Assembly: GCA_016186825.1 (NCBI GenBank)
Contig: JACPKW010000005.1
Coordinates: 2,025 to 66,024, forward strand
Origin: Candidatus Giovannonibacteria bacterium
Lineage (GTDB): Bacteria; Patescibacteriota; Minisyncoccia; JACPKW01; UBA11713
DNA length: 64,000 nt
Direction: 5' to 3'
In this document: positions 38,297-51,177 of the stretch, in pieces
Numbering within the stretch: position 1 is the stretch's first letter
How the letters are laid out: each line of letters starts with the position of its first letter
Notes under the pieces: generated by a model
Told to the model about the DNA's origin: nothing
Seen by the model: the letters and a program-made list of their open reading frames with translations, nothing else
Databases searched by the model: none
Translations under genes and position numbers: made by a program

Positions 38297-38533
38297 TCAA
38301 TCCACAAGCACGCTCAAATTATTTTCAGATAATTCCAAAAACCCAGAATTTATCTGAAAATTTTCTTTCGAGCCGTCAGATTTTGTAATTACAGCTGTGC
38401 CCTTTTTCAACAAAGTCACAATCGGCAGATGATTATCAAGCACGGTAATTTCGCCGCTTTGCGTTTTCACATTGAAAGCCTTAATCGAACCTTCAAATTC
38501 TTTTCCTTTTAAAGATAAAATTGTGAGTTTCAT
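38297..38533 (-). CDS. atpC: F1 ATP synthase epsilon subunit (short, beta-sandwich only)
   Basis: KLTILSLKGKEFEGSIKAFNVKTQSGEITVLDNHLP. Last gene of the atp operon. Confidence 0.75.
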   Translation of the reverse strand: MKLTILSLKGKEFEGSIKAFNVKTQSGEITVLDNHLPIVTLLKKGTAVITKSDGSKENFQINSGFLELSENNLSVLVD

Positions 38534-38572
38534 ATTACAAGGACGGCACGGCGAGTTTCCCTGATAGCCATA

Positions 38573-40883
<2,311 letters not shown>

Positions 40884-40936
40884 ATGTATTTAAGTAAAGA
40901 GGATTTGCGGCGGTGTTTATTGAAGAAACTAACATT

Positions 40937-42469
40937 CTATTTAAAAATATTTTTAAAATCTTCAATCGCCATTTTTAAATTAGCTTCCGTTTTTTCATCG
41001 AGATCGCGGCTCGAGAGAATCGCATCAAGAACTTCTTTTGCGTGCAATTTTTTTAGGTAATCAAGAAAGTTTTCTTCGAAAACTTTCAATCTTGAAAGCT
41101 CAACATCATCCAGATAGCCGCTAATCGCGCAAAAAAGAATTGCGGTCTGATTTTCGAAAGAAACCGGAGCTAAATCAACCTGCTTCAAAACTTCGGTCAA
41201 AACTTCGCCTCTTCTGATTTTTTTTCGCGTGCTTTCATCGAGATCTGACGAAAACTGCACGAAAGCCTGAAGTTCGCGAAATCCGGCAAGCTCTAGGCGC
41301 AAGCGCGAAGCCACTTTTTTCATCGCTTTCGTCTGCGCGGAAGAACCAACACGCGAAACAGAAAGGCCCGCATTGATAGCGGGGCGGATTCCTTTGTAAA
41401 AAAGGCCTGACTCCAGATAAATTTGACCATCGGTGATTGAAATAACATTAGTCGGAATATAAGCGGAAACATCGCCAAGTTTCGTCTCAATAATCGGAAG
41501 CGCCGTAAGCGATCCACCTCCCTTTTCTTTGCTCAATTTGGCGGAACGCTCAAGCAAACGCGCATGCAGGTAAAAAATATCTCCGGGATATGCCTCGCGG
41601 CCCGGGGGACGGCGCAAAAGAAGAGATAATTGCCGGTAGGCATCGGCGTGCTTCGAAAGATCATCGTAAATAATAAGAGCTTCCTGGCCGTTATCCATAA
41701 AATATTCGCCGATTGCCGTTCCCGAAAAAGGCGCCAAATATTGAAGCGGCGCAGGCGCAGAGGCGGGCGCAGAAACAATAATTGTGTGCGAGAGCGCCCC
41801 TGAATCTTCTAAAATTTTAATCATTCTTCTGATCTTTGAATTTTTTTGTCCGATCGCAACATAAATAGAGATCACAGGTTTGGAATCCGAATCTTTTTTC
41901 TGATTTAAAATAGCGTCAATCGCCAAAGCAGTCTTGCCAGTCTGGCGGTCTCCAATAATAAGTTCGCGCTGTCCCCGCCCGATCGGAATCATCGCGTCGA
42001 TCGCTTTTATCCCGGTATGTAAAGGATAATTCACCGATTCGCGGTCAAGCACGGAAGGCGCTTTTCTTTCCAAAAAATAATCAGCGGCATTTTCCGGGTC
42101 TTTGAATATAACTCCTTTTCCGTCTAAAGAATTGCCCAACGGATCGATAACTCGCCCGAGGAGCTCTTTGCCAACTTTTATTGATAATACTTTGCCAGTT
42201 TTTCTAACACGGTCTCCCGGACGAATCTGGTCGAAATCGCCGAGTATAACCGCACCGATAAAATTTTCTTCAAGGTTGAAGGCAAGCGCGGCCAGATTTT
42301 CTGTTTCGGTTTCGATCGTGATTAATTCCTGGGAAAGCACTTTTTTCAAGCCTGAAATTTTAGCGATGCCGTCGCCTGCCTCGATTATCGTCCCAACATT
42401 TTCAAACCGCGCGTCATCTTTGAAGCCGGCGATTTCTTTTTTTAATTTTTCAATTATTTCGTATGCCAT
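40937..42469 (-). CDS. atpA: F1 ATP synthase alpha subunit
   Basis: GDRQTGKTA Walker A. 510 aa. Confidence 0.95.
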   Translation of the reverse strand: MAYEIIEKLKKEIAGFKDDARFENVGTIIEAGDGIAKISGLKKVLSQELITIETETENLAALAFNLEENFIGAVILGDFDQIRPGDRVRKTGKVLSIKVGKELLGRVIDPLGNSLDGKGVIFKDPENAADYFLERKAPSVLDRESVNYPLHTGIKAIDAMIPIGRGQRELIIGDRQTGKTALAIDAILNQKKDSDSKPVISIYVAIGQKNSKIRRMIKILEDSGALSHTIIVSAPASAPAPLQYLAPFSGTAIGEYFMDNGQEALIIYDDLSKHADAYRQLSLLLRRPPGREAYPGDIFYLHARLLERSAKLSKEKGGGSLTALPIIETKLGDVSAYIPTNVISITDGQIYLESGLFYKGIRPAINAGLSVSRVGSSAQTKAMKKVASRLRLELAGFRELQAFVQFSSDLDESTRKKIRRGEVLTEVLKQVDLAPVSFENQTAILFCAISGYLDDVELSRLKVFEENFLDYLKKLHAKEVLDAILSSRDLDEKTEANLKMAIEDFKNIFK

Positions 42470-42849
42470 TATTTATTTTGAAAAAGTTTTCTTACCTTTC
42501 TCTCAAAAGAGTTGTCAAGTTCCAGTTCCGAATCGATCTGAATTCTTGTTCCCGCGACAAGGCGCGGATTAATTTTATAATCAATTAAATCTTTTTTGCT
42601 TGCGAATTTAGCGAAGCTTCTCGCATTACCGAGCGCCTCTTTGCGCGCAACTTCAACTCTGATGAATTTTCCTCCTTCTTCCTGAACCTTGATCCGCTTA
42701 AAGGCTTCAATAATTTTTTCGGCTCCATTCGCATCGCCATTTTTTTGAAGCGTCTCTTTGAACCTTTTCAGCAATTCATCCGCATTGTGCATGTCTTCTT
42801 TCAAAACTTGATTGAGAGCAGTGGCATAAATTTCCGGTGTATATCTCAT
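42469..42849 (-). CDS. atpH: ATP synthase delta (OSCP) subunit, short form
   Basis: Position between atpF and atpA. 126 aa. Confidence 0.65.
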   Translation of the reverse strand: MRYTPEIYATALNQVLKEDMHNADELLKRFKETLQKNGDANGAEKIIEAFKRIKVQEEGGKFIRVEVARKEALGNARSFAKFASKKDLIDYKINPRLVAGTRIQIDSELELDNSFERKVRKLFQNK

Positions 42850-43349
42850 GCTTTCTTCCCTAAAAACTCAAGCGCCCGCCCAATAAGATTTTCGTCGACC
42901 TGCCGCGGGGAAAGCTCAACGGTTTTTATCAGAGCTTCTTTAATCAAATGTTCCGCTTCTTTTTTTACATTATCCAGTTCTTCCGTCCGCTTCTTTTTTG
43001 CAACTTCAGAAGCTTCTTTGAGAATACCTTCAGCTTTCTTTTCGGAAACTGTTACTATTGCAACCGCTTTTTTTGCGGCTTCTTTTTCTGAAAGTGTTAT
43101 AATTTCAAGCGCTTTTTTTTCCGCTTCGGAAAGTTTTTCCTTTTTCACATCATCAATTTCTTTCAAGATCCGGTCAGCTTCTTCGGCGCCTTTAAGGCCG
43201 AACTCAATCCGCTTTTTTCTTTCCTCAACTATTTTCAAAAGCGGACGGTAAACAAAAACCGTAAGGACGGTAAGAATAATCAAAAAATTAACTCCTTGCG
43301 CGAGGAGAAGTTTCCAATTAACTCCAAGTTGTGAAAAAAGTGAACTCAT
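42846..43349 (-). CDS. atpF: ATP synthase Fo subunit b
   Basis: N-terminal TM helix plus long charged coiled coil. Confidence 0.8.
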   Translation of the reverse strand: MSSLFSQLGVNWKLLLAQGVNFLIILTVLTVFVYRPLLKIVEERKKRIEFGLKGAEEADRILKEIDDVKKEKLSEAEKKALEIITLSEKEAAKKAVAIVTVSEKKAEGILKEASEVAKKKRTEELDNVKKEAEHLIKEALIKTVELSPRQVDENLIGRALEFLGKKA

Positions 43350-43407
43350 TTCTTAATTCAATATACGTTGAGTATATTTTTAATAATTGGAGGGGGAGCT
43401 AACTAAA

Positions 43408-43638
43408 TTACTCGACGAATTTCAAGATGAGTGAGACAACTAGCGCGTAAATCGCTATGGCTTCCGCAAACGCGATTGCCAACACCATCGCAGTCTGAAT
43501 TTTAGGCGCGGCTTCTGGATTTCGTCCAATTGCGTCTGCGCCTTTTGACCCGATCATCGCGATTGCTATCGCAGGCGCAATCGTGCCAACGCCCATCACG
43601 AGCGCGATGGCTAGAAACTTTACTGCTTCTGCTTCCAT
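43408..43638 (-). CDS. atpE: ATP synthase Fo subunit c
   Basis: 76-aa two-helix hairpin with conserved carboxylate (AFAEAIAIYA). Confidence 0.9.
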   Translation of the reverse strand: MEAEAVKFLAIALVMGVGTIAPAIAIAMIGSKGADAIGRNPEAAPKIQTAMVLAIAFAEAIAIYALVVSLILKFVE

Positions 43639-43671
43639 ATTTTTATATTTTATTTAATAATTTATGACCTT

Positions 43672-44400
43672 TTAATGCGCGGGTTCCTGAACTGCCATGG
43701 CAATAAAAACCAGCGTCAACATGGAAAAAATAAACGCCTGAATGAACCCGACGAAAAGTTCAAGCGCCAAAAACGGTAAAGGCAAAAAATAAGGGACCAG
43801 AAATCCGACAATTGTCAGAAGAACTTCTCCCGCAAAGACGTTTCCAAAAAGCCTGAAGGAGAATGAGATAATTTTAACGAATTCTGAGATAAATTCAAGA
43901 ATGCCGACAAAAGAATTGATCGGACTTTTTACCGTAAAGAATTTTGAAAAATGCTTTGTAAGACCGATCGCGCCAATCCCCAGAAGGTTTACGGATAAAA
44001 TTGAAATAATTCCAAGCGCAATTGTGAAATTAAGATCGCTCGCTGGCGAGCGCAGGAGCGGAGCGGGATGGACGGAAAGGAAATTTATAGCCCCGACCCC
44101 CGGCAAAAGGCCAAGCCAATTTGAAAGCATTATAAAAATAAAAATCGTTGCAATAATCGGCAGATATTTTTCAGAAATTTGCCGCGAGGGTAAAACTGAA
44201 TCCATTAAACTTAGAAGTTCATCCAAAATGAATTCAAAAAATCCCTGGAATTTTCCCGGGATCATTCTAAGCTGCCTTTTCAGCAAGAAAGCCAGGGCCA
44301 AAATTATTAATGCCGAGATGACAGCCAAAACCAATGCATTTGTTACCGGGAAACCCCAGATTTCAAAAAGTTTTTCAGCCTTTATTGAAATTTCCGCCAT
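43672..44400 (-). CDS. atpB: ATP synthase Fo subunit a
   Basis: Conserved Arg helix region (SFSFRLFGNVFAGE). Confidence 0.9.
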   Translation of the reverse strand: MAEISIKAEKLFEIWGFPVTNALVLAVISALIILALAFLLKRQLRMIPGKFQGFFEFILDELLSLMDSVLPSRQISEKYLPIIATIFIFIMLSNWLGLLPGVGAINFLSVHPAPLLRSPASDLNFTIALGIISILSVNLLGIGAIGLTKHFSKFFTVKSPINSFVGILEFISEFVKIISFSFRLFGNVFAGEVLLTIVGFLVPYFLPLPFLALELFVGFIQAFIFSMLTLVFIAMAVQEPAH

Positions 44401-44710
44401 AAGTTTTCCAGTTTAGCATTTTTTATTGACCTTGAAAACTTTTTTAATAATCCACAGGATTGACCCCAAAATAAAAATGCATTAAGTTGAAATTGAGCTG
44501 ATGGTTCCAATTCGGCTGAAGAGAAAGGAGATGATCCAAATTTTTAATCACGTCTTTTCTTCAGTCGAAAATAATGAATTGAAAGGAGGTCGAAAATATG
44601 ACCGCAACGGTTAATCCCTTATGACTGGGGCAGAAAAAAGCAAGGGATTAACCTTCACCTAAAACGTAGCGCCCTCTTGGGCGCGAATAATGAAAGGGGC
44701 GACCTTCTTG

Positions 44711-44753
44711 CGGGGAGCCCTTTTTTTATTAAAAATCGGAAGGAGTTTACACC
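44711..44753 (-). terminator. rho-independent terminator
   Basis: Minus strand aatcggaaggggtgtaaactccttccgatt followed by a T-rich run. Confidence 0.55.
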
Positions 44754-44777
44754 CCTTCCGATTGCGAACTCGGCTTT

Positions 44778-45302
44778 CTATTGTCCACCTTCCTCCTCTT
44801 TTTCTTTCTTTTTCTCCGGCAAATCAGGAGTGAGCTTCACCGCGAATTCACGCTTGGTGATGTGCTTTGCGCCGTTTTGATATTCGCTCTCTACAATCAA
44901 GACGAAACTCTCAACTCCTGATTTTTCCAGAATTTCCTTTCCGAATCTAATCCGCACTAGAATTCTCCCGGATTTTTTTGTTGCAAACGACCGTGTCAAA
45001 CCTTCCCAGCTCTTTAAACCGTCGAAACTATTAATCTCCTCAAGTCTGGATCTGGTATCAGGTTTGGCGCTGAAATTTGTTCCCCGGACAAACACATCAA
45101 CAGCGTGTTTTATTTTTCCAATGAAACCCGGCGGCAAAAAGACAGAAACTCTGTAGCTCATCGCGCTCGAGGCTTCAATAAGCGCCTCGGCTCCCCTTTC
45201 TGAAGAAGAAAAAAAAATCGGCCGGGTTGTAACCCTTAAGTCGTCGGCATGAACTTTAGGTGTAAAAAACACCAGCATAAAAACTAAAAGGAACATTTTC
45301 AT
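44778..45302 (-). CDS. hypothetical secreted protein (signal peptide)
   Basis: MKMFLLVFMLVFFTPKVHA signal. 174 aa. Confidence 0.5.
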   Translation of the reverse strand: MKMFLLVFMLVFFTPKVHADDLRVTTRPIFFSSSERGAEALIEASSAMSYRVSVFLPPGFIGKIKHAVDVFVRGTNFSAKPDTRSRLEEINSFDGLKSWEGLTRSFATKKSGRILVRIRFGKEILEKSGVESFVLIVESEYQNGAKHITKREFAVKLTPDLPEKKKEKEEEGGQ

Positions 45303-45371
45303 AAATCCTCCCCAATTTAAGATTCTGAATTCTTAGCACAAAATTTTGAAACTTAATAGGATGTCGATATA

Positions 45372-46613
45372 CTACTCATATCTTAAAGCCTCGATCGGAC
45401 TTTTTCGCGAAGCTTGGCGCGCGGGATAAATTCCAAAAACTAAACCAATCGCACCTGACACCGAAAGGCCCAAAACCGCAGCGTAAATCGGAAAAACAAA
45501 TTCCCAAGACATTGCAAGAACTCTCGTAAGAATAACCGAAACGCCAAAGGAAAAAAGTGCGCCTAGAACAATCCCGATTATGCCGCCGATGGCAGTTAAA
45601 ATTATCGCTTCAAGCAAAAACTGGACAAGAATGTCTCGCTCTGTCGCGCCTAAAGATTTACGAAGCCCTATCTCCCGGGTCCGCTCCGTTACAGAAACGA
45701 GCATGATATTCATAATTCCAATTCCCCCAACCACGAGCGAAATCGCGGCGATTGAAACTAAAAGTAAAGTCAAAATGCTTGTAATGACATTCAAACGCGA
45801 AGCCAAATCGGCCGGGGTCTCAACAAAAAAATCATCTTTGGAAGGATCGGTAATCCCGTGCGAATTTCTCAAAGTTATCGTAATGTCCCTGACAGTTTCG
45901 CTCAAATGCTCCTCCGAATCCGCTTCGGCAATAAAGCGGTGAAAAAATTTTATTCCAAAAATATCCTGCTGGGCAGTGGTATAAGGCACAATCGCTATTT
46001 CGTCAAAATTAAAAAATGAAACCTGTCCTTTTTTCGGCAGAATCCCGATAACTCGGAAATTTTTCCCCTTAATTTTAATTTTTTCCCCAAGCGCCTCCGA
46101 CTCCCCGAAAAGCTCTTCTTTAACCTTCGATCCGATCACCGCAACGTCGGCGCGTGAGCGGACTTCATTTTCAGAAAAGAACGCGCCCTCTTCAGGAACT
46201 AAATCGAATATCTTTGAAATTAAATCCGAAGCCCCGAAAATCGTCAGCCGGTATGTTTCCGAACCGTAAGATCCGGACTCGCCTCCAAACACAATTGGCA
46301 TAACTTCGCCCAAAGTGGGAACATTCTCTTTCCGTTTTAGCGCTTCGAAATCTTTTTCTTTCAGCGAGTCGCTCATCAATTGCGAAACATCGGATGGCCC
46401 TGTCGGTTCGCGTCCGGGCACAACCGCGATAGTTTTTGATCCTAAACCTTGAATCTGATTCAAAATCAAATTTTGCGCTCCGCTCCCGATCGACATCACA
46501 AGAATGATTGCTGTAATTCCAATTACAATCCCCAAAATCGTAAGCAGGGATCGCGATTTATGGGTTTTGAGTCCCGAGACTGCGGTTTTTAAACTGTGTT
46601 TAAATTTAATCAT
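45372..46613 (-). CDS. ABC transporter permease, FtsX/MacB-like
   Basis: N-terminal TM, large periplasmic domain, C-terminal 3 TM. Coupled to the ATPase gene. Confidence 0.8.
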   Translation of the reverse strand: MIKFKHSLKTAVSGLKTHKSRSLLTILGIVIGITAIILVMSIGSGAQNLILNQIQGLGSKTIAVVPGREPTGPSDVSQLMSDSLKEKDFEALKRKENVPTLGEVMPIVFGGESGSYGSETYRLTIFGASDLISKIFDLVPEEGAFFSENEVRSRADVAVIGSKVKEELFGESEALGEKIKIKGKNFRVIGILPKKGQVSFFNFDEIAIVPYTTAQQDIFGIKFFHRFIAEADSEEHLSETVRDITITLRNSHGITDPSKDDFFVETPADLASRLNVITSILTLLLVSIAAISLVVGGIGIMNIMLVSVTERTREIGLRKSLGATERDILVQFLLEAIILTAIGGIIGIVLGALFSFGVSVILTRVLAMSWEFVFPIYAAVLGLSVSGAIGLVFGIYPARQASRKSPIEALRYE

Positions 46614-47326
46614 TTGAAAAATTTATTTGGGACGTGGCGATGTTCCACTTTTTCATCGGACTCAATCTTGCCGTCAAGAATATGCAATATGCGCTCTGCG
46701 TGGCGCGCGGTATAAGTTTCGTGCGTTATTAGAACCACCGTCTTATTTTCTTCTTCATTCAGCTTGCGAATCGTTTCCATCACAAGCTCTCCGGATTTTG
46801 AATCCAGATTCCCGGTAGGCTCATCAGCAAAAATAATTTGAGGATTTGTAACCAGCGCGCGCGCGATTGCAGCACGCTGTTTTTCTCCGCCTGAAAGCCG
46901 CGAGGCCTCCTGATCTTTGCGATGCATAAGGCCAACCGCCTGAATCGCGCCCTCGGCAATCCCATTCCACTCTGCCTCCGGAATCCTAGAATACAATAAT
47001 GGAAGCTTTACATTTTCAAGCACGCTCGAGCGCCCGAGCAGGTTAAAAGCCTGAAAAACAAATCCCATTTTTTCGTTTCTGACGCGCGCAATTTCAGACA
47101 TGCCGTAATCATCAAATGTTTTTCCGTCAAAAAAATAATCGCCTGACGTATGCCGGTCGAGAAATCCCAAAATATGAAGCAGAGTTGACTTCCCAGAACC
47201 CGATGGCCCCATTACAGCCACAAACTCTCCGGTTTCAATGGAAAAAGAAAGCCCACGAAGCACCGGAATTTCCAAATCATCCGTGTAATAGGTTTTTTTA
47301 AGATTTTTTACTTCGATCAGGGGCAT
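46610..47326 (-). CDS. ABC transporter ATP-binding protein (MacB/LolD-like)
   Basis: Walker A GPSGSGKST and signature LSGGEKQRAAIARAL. Confidence 0.9.
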   Translation of the reverse strand: MPLIEVKNLKKTYYTDDLEIPVLRGLSFSIETGEFVAVMGPSGSGKSTLLHILGFLDRHTSGDYFFDGKTFDDYGMSEIARVRNEKMGFVFQAFNLLGRSSVLENVKLPLLYSRIPEAEWNGIAEGAIQAVGLMHRKDQEASRLSGGEKQRAAIARALVTNPQIIFADEPTGNLDSKSGELVMETIRKLNEEENKTVVLITHETYTARHAERILHILDGKIESDEKVEHRHVPNKFFK

Positions 47327-47327
47327 C

Positions 47328-48884
47328 TTAAATCCCCGCAGTTACGATTTTATCTCCTTCTTTAACGCCAGAAAGAATTTCTATCTCACCGTTTGCCGCG
47401 AGCCCTGTTCGAACCTCTATTTCCCTGATGTCATTTTTTTCACCTTCCAAAATTTTTACGAATTTTTTGCCATCTCGCGCGATAACTGCCCGCTGGGGAA
47501 TTTTTATAACATTTTCGCGTCGGTCCGTTGAAATATCAATATTTGCCGTCATTCCGGATTTAACTCTTTCGTCTTTTTTTGAAAACTGCAGCGTAACCTT
47601 ATAAGTAGAGACGCCCTCCAGCACGGTCTCAGCAGGATCAATTTTTGAAACTTTTGCTTCAAATTCAATATCGCTGCCATAAGCATCAAGCGTCACCTTG
47701 GCAGAATCAAAAAGCTCGATTTTCGCAATATCCGCCTCTGGGATATTGGCCTCAATTTCAAATTCCGAATCTGAAATAACCGAAAGCACCGAGGCATTCG
47801 CCGCGACAATCTCCCCAACTTTCGCATTTTTTTTCGTAACCACTCCTGAAAGCGGGGCGTAAAGATATGAGTCATTTAAAGCGGCTTCGGCGCTTTCAAC
47901 GCTTGCCCGGTAGGAAGCAACGCGAGCTTTAGCGCCGGCAATTTCTTCCGGAATAGTTCCGGCCTTTTTAAGTACGAGCTGTTGAGTTGCTAAAGCCAAA
48001 CTCGATTCGCTTGTCCGCACATCCTCTTCGGAAGTCGCAAGACCGGAAATTGCGCTATTCACGTTGGTGCGCGCAGTCGCGACATCGGTCCGATAACTGT
48101 CGATCGTAGTCTGCGTGAGGCTCGGGGTTGCAGTCAGGCTGTTTGCGAAGGCAGAAGCTTTATCAAGAAAATTTTTTACCGAATTCAGGTTATCGGCAGA
48201 AATTTTGGAAAGCTCAAAGGCATTATCATCATTCAAAGTCTTCAATTTTTCTTGCCAGTTTACAAGCAAGATTTCAATATTAAGCCTGCCGGTTTCCAAG
48301 TCAATCTCTAACTGCGGATTGGATGACGAAAAATTAACGCTGGGACTCGCGCTTCGGGGGTTCGTAAAAAATTGGTCAACTTTATGACGAACCGCGTCAT
48401 CTGAATTGGTGTAAGAACTCATTATAGAATTTCGAAGCGCTTTTTTGGAATCTTCCAGAGCAACGCGGGCATTTTGAACTTTCACTTCCTCAACCTGGAT
48501 TTCTTCAGGCCTTGTTCCCTTTTCAAGTTCTTCAAGTTTGGCCATTTCCACCAGCAAATTCGCTTTTGCGCCATCAAGCGCAGCAACCAAATCTCTGTTT
48601 TCAAGCTGGGCAAGACGCGCTCCGGCAAATACCAGTGAGCCCACCGCAGTAAAAATTCCAGAAACTTTTCCCGACTTTTTAAAAGCGAGATCGACGCTTT
48701 CCGACGGCTGAACTTTTCCTGTCACGCTAATTTCCTGCACCAAATCGCCTCGTTCGGCCAAAACCGTGCGGATTTCAACTTTTTCTTTCCGGAAAAAAGC
48801 GAAATACGCCGCGCCTCCGATTAAAAAAATAATCAAAAGCGACCAAAAAAGATGGTTCCTGATTGCGTTTACGATTTTCGTCAT
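47328..48884 (-). CDS. HlyD/MacA-type periplasmic adaptor (membrane fusion protein)
   Basis: N-terminal TM anchor, long coiled coil, beta-barrel/lipoyl-like repeats. Confidence 0.7.
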   Translation of the reverse strand: MTKIVNAIRNHLFWSLLIIFLIGGAAYFAFFRKEKVEIRTVLAERGDLVQEISVTGKVQPSESVDLAFKKSGKVSGIFTAVGSLVFAGARLAQLENRDLVAALDGAKANLLVEMAKLEELEKGTRPEEIQVEEVKVQNARVALEDSKKALRNSIMSSYTNSDDAVRHKVDQFFTNPRSASPSVNFSSSNPQLEIDLETGRLNIEILLVNWQEKLKTLNDDNAFELSKISADNLNSVKNFLDKASAFANSLTATPSLTQTTIDSYRTDVATARTNVNSAISGLATSEEDVRTSESSLALATQQLVLKKAGTIPEEIAGAKARVASYRASVESAEAALNDSYLYAPLSGVVTKKNAKVGEIVAANASVLSVISDSEFEIEANIPEADIAKIELFDSAKVTLDAYGSDIEFEAKVSKIDPAETVLEGVSTYKVTLQFSKKDERVKSGMTANIDISTDRRENVIKIPQRAVIARDGKKFVKILEGEKNDIREIEVRTGLAANGEIEILSGVKEGDKIVTAGI

Positions 48885-49050
48885 GAAATTATGGAAATTA
48901 TATCATATTTTGCACTTGGAGTTAGCAGGCCGGTAATGTGCTTGCACATTACCGCCCGCTTATTGACGTATAAGCATCTTAATGTAATATACTCATTGAA
49001 CAGTGCGCGAAATTGAATTCCATAATAAAGGAGCAAAAAGGAGGACGCGA

Positions 49051-49608
49051 ATGAACAAGCAGGATTTGGAAAGATCCGGGCAATATGAGAAGTTCGTCTT
49101 GGTAGAATTGCCAAAAAGTGCCGAAATAAGAGAAGCTTTCGACCAAGCAAGCCGTGGGGAAAAGAAAGTAGATCTTGTGACAAAAGGTTTCCGCCCAATG
49201 TTCAGCAGAGCTTATCCTTTTAATTTCAACGAGGTCTGGATTGAAGGATACAGAGAAGCGATACCAGTTCCAACCATATGCTGTCTGGCAGGAGCGGATC
49301 CGGGTTTAGTGCAGGAAGCATACTTTCATTTTCGAGAGACCGAGCTGCTGCGCTACGGACTCCGGGAGGGCTTGCGGGAGCTGCATAAAGAAATTGCGCA
49401 CGCAAAACGTCAGATCGTGACCAATTTGCTTCCGTTTCCGCAGATTACGTGGCTGCGGCAGGAAGGCACTGGGGAGACGCATCTCGTGGAAGTGGTGGAA
49501 AAGAATCCTCCTTTTCTTAGCGAGGAGGAAATACGGCGTGCTTGTGAGCAGGGGATGAAGGCATGGAAATCTATTGACCGGCACCTGCGCAAGAAGTATC
49601 GTCGCTAG
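49051..49608 (+). CDS. hypothetical protein in GC-rich islet
   Basis: Strong SD AAGGAGG before ATG 49051. GC well above flanks. Terminator downstream. Confidence 0.45.
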   Translation: MNKQDLERSGQYEKFVLVELPKSAEIREAFDQASRGEKKVDLVTKGFRPMFSRAYPFNFNEVWIEGYREAIPVPTICCLAGADPGLVQEAYFHFRETELLRYGLREGLRELHKEIAHAKRQIVTNLLPFPQITWLRQEGTGETHLVEVVEKNPPFLSEEEIRRACEQGMKAWKSIDRHLRKKYRR

Positions 49609-49628
49609 TTTACAAGTCAACAACTAAT

Positions 49629-49668
49629 TTTAAGTCCTGCCAGCATACCGTGTGGCAGGACTTTTTTT
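49629..49668 (+). terminator. rho-independent terminator
   Basis: agtcctgccagcataccgtgtggcaggact + T7. Confidence 0.7.
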
Positions 49669-49899
49669 ATCTAAAAAAGACCGCCTCTTTAGGTGCAGTC
49701 AATTCACGCGAAATGCGTAGCAATCCTTACGCACCCTTTTCTCCATAGAGAATAAGGCCTTGATTAGTTTTCGTAGCGATTTTATATCCCCTTCAAGCCC
49801 TTTTAAAAAACCAGTTTGACTAAAGCGCGGTTTTAATGCTAAGAAGAGAGTGTCAACCAAACTAACTCTTAGATTATCAAAACTAATATAAGCAAAAAT

Positions 49900-51120
49900 A
49901 TGCGCATTTTAAAAAAGACCCAGTCTATGTTTGGGGTTTTAGCTTTGAGTTTTAATTTTATGATTCCTGCCTCACTACCGGCTCTAGATTTTAATGCCGA
50001 TGCATTCGACGAAATTAGAGAAATGGGAAAAAGAAAAATTATCGTTTTTAAAGAAAATACCACGGCTGAAGAGCGCGAAAAAATTTCAGCGCTGATTTTA
50101 GCAAAACGGATTAAAAAACTGGAAGGAATCGTTAATGCGGACGTTGCTTTGAATTTAAATCCCAAAGAACTGGCGGCGCTTGCGTTGAATCCCAAAGTCG
50201 CGAGAATTGAAGATGACGCGATAGCTACAATTTCTGCGGTAAAATCGAAAGCTGCAATCAAGGCTTCGCAAATCATCCCCTGGGGGATTGACCGAATTGA
50301 CGCGGAAAAAGTTTGGCCTGCTGGAAACAGCGCAAACCCCGTTAAGGTCGGAATTGTAGATACTGGAATTTCATCCTCGCACCCGGATTTGAAAACCAAC
50401 ATTAAAGGCGGAATAAACACGATCAGGCCATGGAAAAGCTGGAATGATGATAACGGCCACGGTTCGCATGTCGCAGGCATCGTTGCTGCTTTGAACAACA
50501 CAGTGGGAGTAGTCGGCGCCGCACCCCAAGCAGATCTCTATTCCATAAAGGTGCTAAGCGCAAACGGGTCGGGGTGGTTTTCAGATATCATTGAAGGAAT
50601 AGACTGGGCAGTCGCAAATAAAATGCAGGTCATAAATATGAGCCTCGGATCTTCAAGCGATGTGCAGTCGTTCCATGACGCGATCAAACGCGCTAAAAAT
50701 GCGGGGATTGTAATTGTTGCCGCCGCTGGAAATGACTACGGAGGAAAGGTTAATTATCCTGCTGCTTATCCCGAAGTAATTGCGGTTTCAGCGACTGATC
50801 AAGCGAATGCCTTTGCCGATTATTCATCAAAAGGGCCAGAAGTAGACCTTTCCGCTCCAGGATCATCAATTTATTCGACGTATAAAGGATCGGGTTATGC
50901 AACGCTTTCTGGAACTTCAATGGCATCGCCTCACGTAGCCGGTGCTGCTCTGCTCGTATTAAATACTGCTCCGAGCTCTTACGACATTGATGGCGACGGT
51001 AAATGGGATCCCGATGAAGTCAAACAGAAATTGCAGGATACGGCGACTGATCTCGGCAGCAGCGGATACGATAGTTCGTTCGGCTCCGGCCTTGTTAACG
51101 CATACGCCGCAACGCAATAG
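49900..51120 (+). CDS. subtilisin-like serine protease (S8) with N-terminal propeptide
   Basis: Catalytic D (VGIVDTGI), H (HGSHVAGI) and S (GTSMASPHVAG). Confidence 0.9.
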   Translation: MRILKKTQSMFGVLALSFNFMIPASLPALDFNADAFDEIREMGKRKIIVFKENTTAEEREKISALILAKRIKKLEGIVNADVALNLNPKELAALALNPKVARIEDDAIATISAVKSKAAIKASQIIPWGIDRIDAEKVWPAGNSANPVKVGIVDTGISSSHPDLKTNIKGGINTIRPWKSWNDDNGHGSHVAGIVAALNNTVGVVGAAPQADLYSIKVLSANGSGWFSDIIEGIDWAVANKMQVINMSLGSSSDVQSFHDAIKRAKNAGIVIVAAAGNDYGGKVNYPAAYPEVIAVSATDQANAFADYSSKGPEVDLSAPGSSIYSTYKGSGYATLSGTSMASPHVAGAALLVLNTAPSSYDIDGDGKWDPDEVKQKLQDTATDLGSSGYDSSFGSGLVNAYAATQ

Positions 51121-51127
51121 AAATTAA

Positions 51128-51170
51128 GACAAAAGAAAAAATTCCCCTCCAGGGGATTTTTTCTTTTGTC
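51128..51170. terminator. bidirectional terminator (long palindrome)
   Basis: gacaaaagaaaaaattcccctccaggggattttttcttttgtc. Confidence 0.7.
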
Positions 51171-51177
51171 TTAATAA

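Noticed and set aside
49869-50501. 210-aa minus-strand ORF
   Set aside because: Antisense to the subtilisin gene, which has a full catalytic triad.
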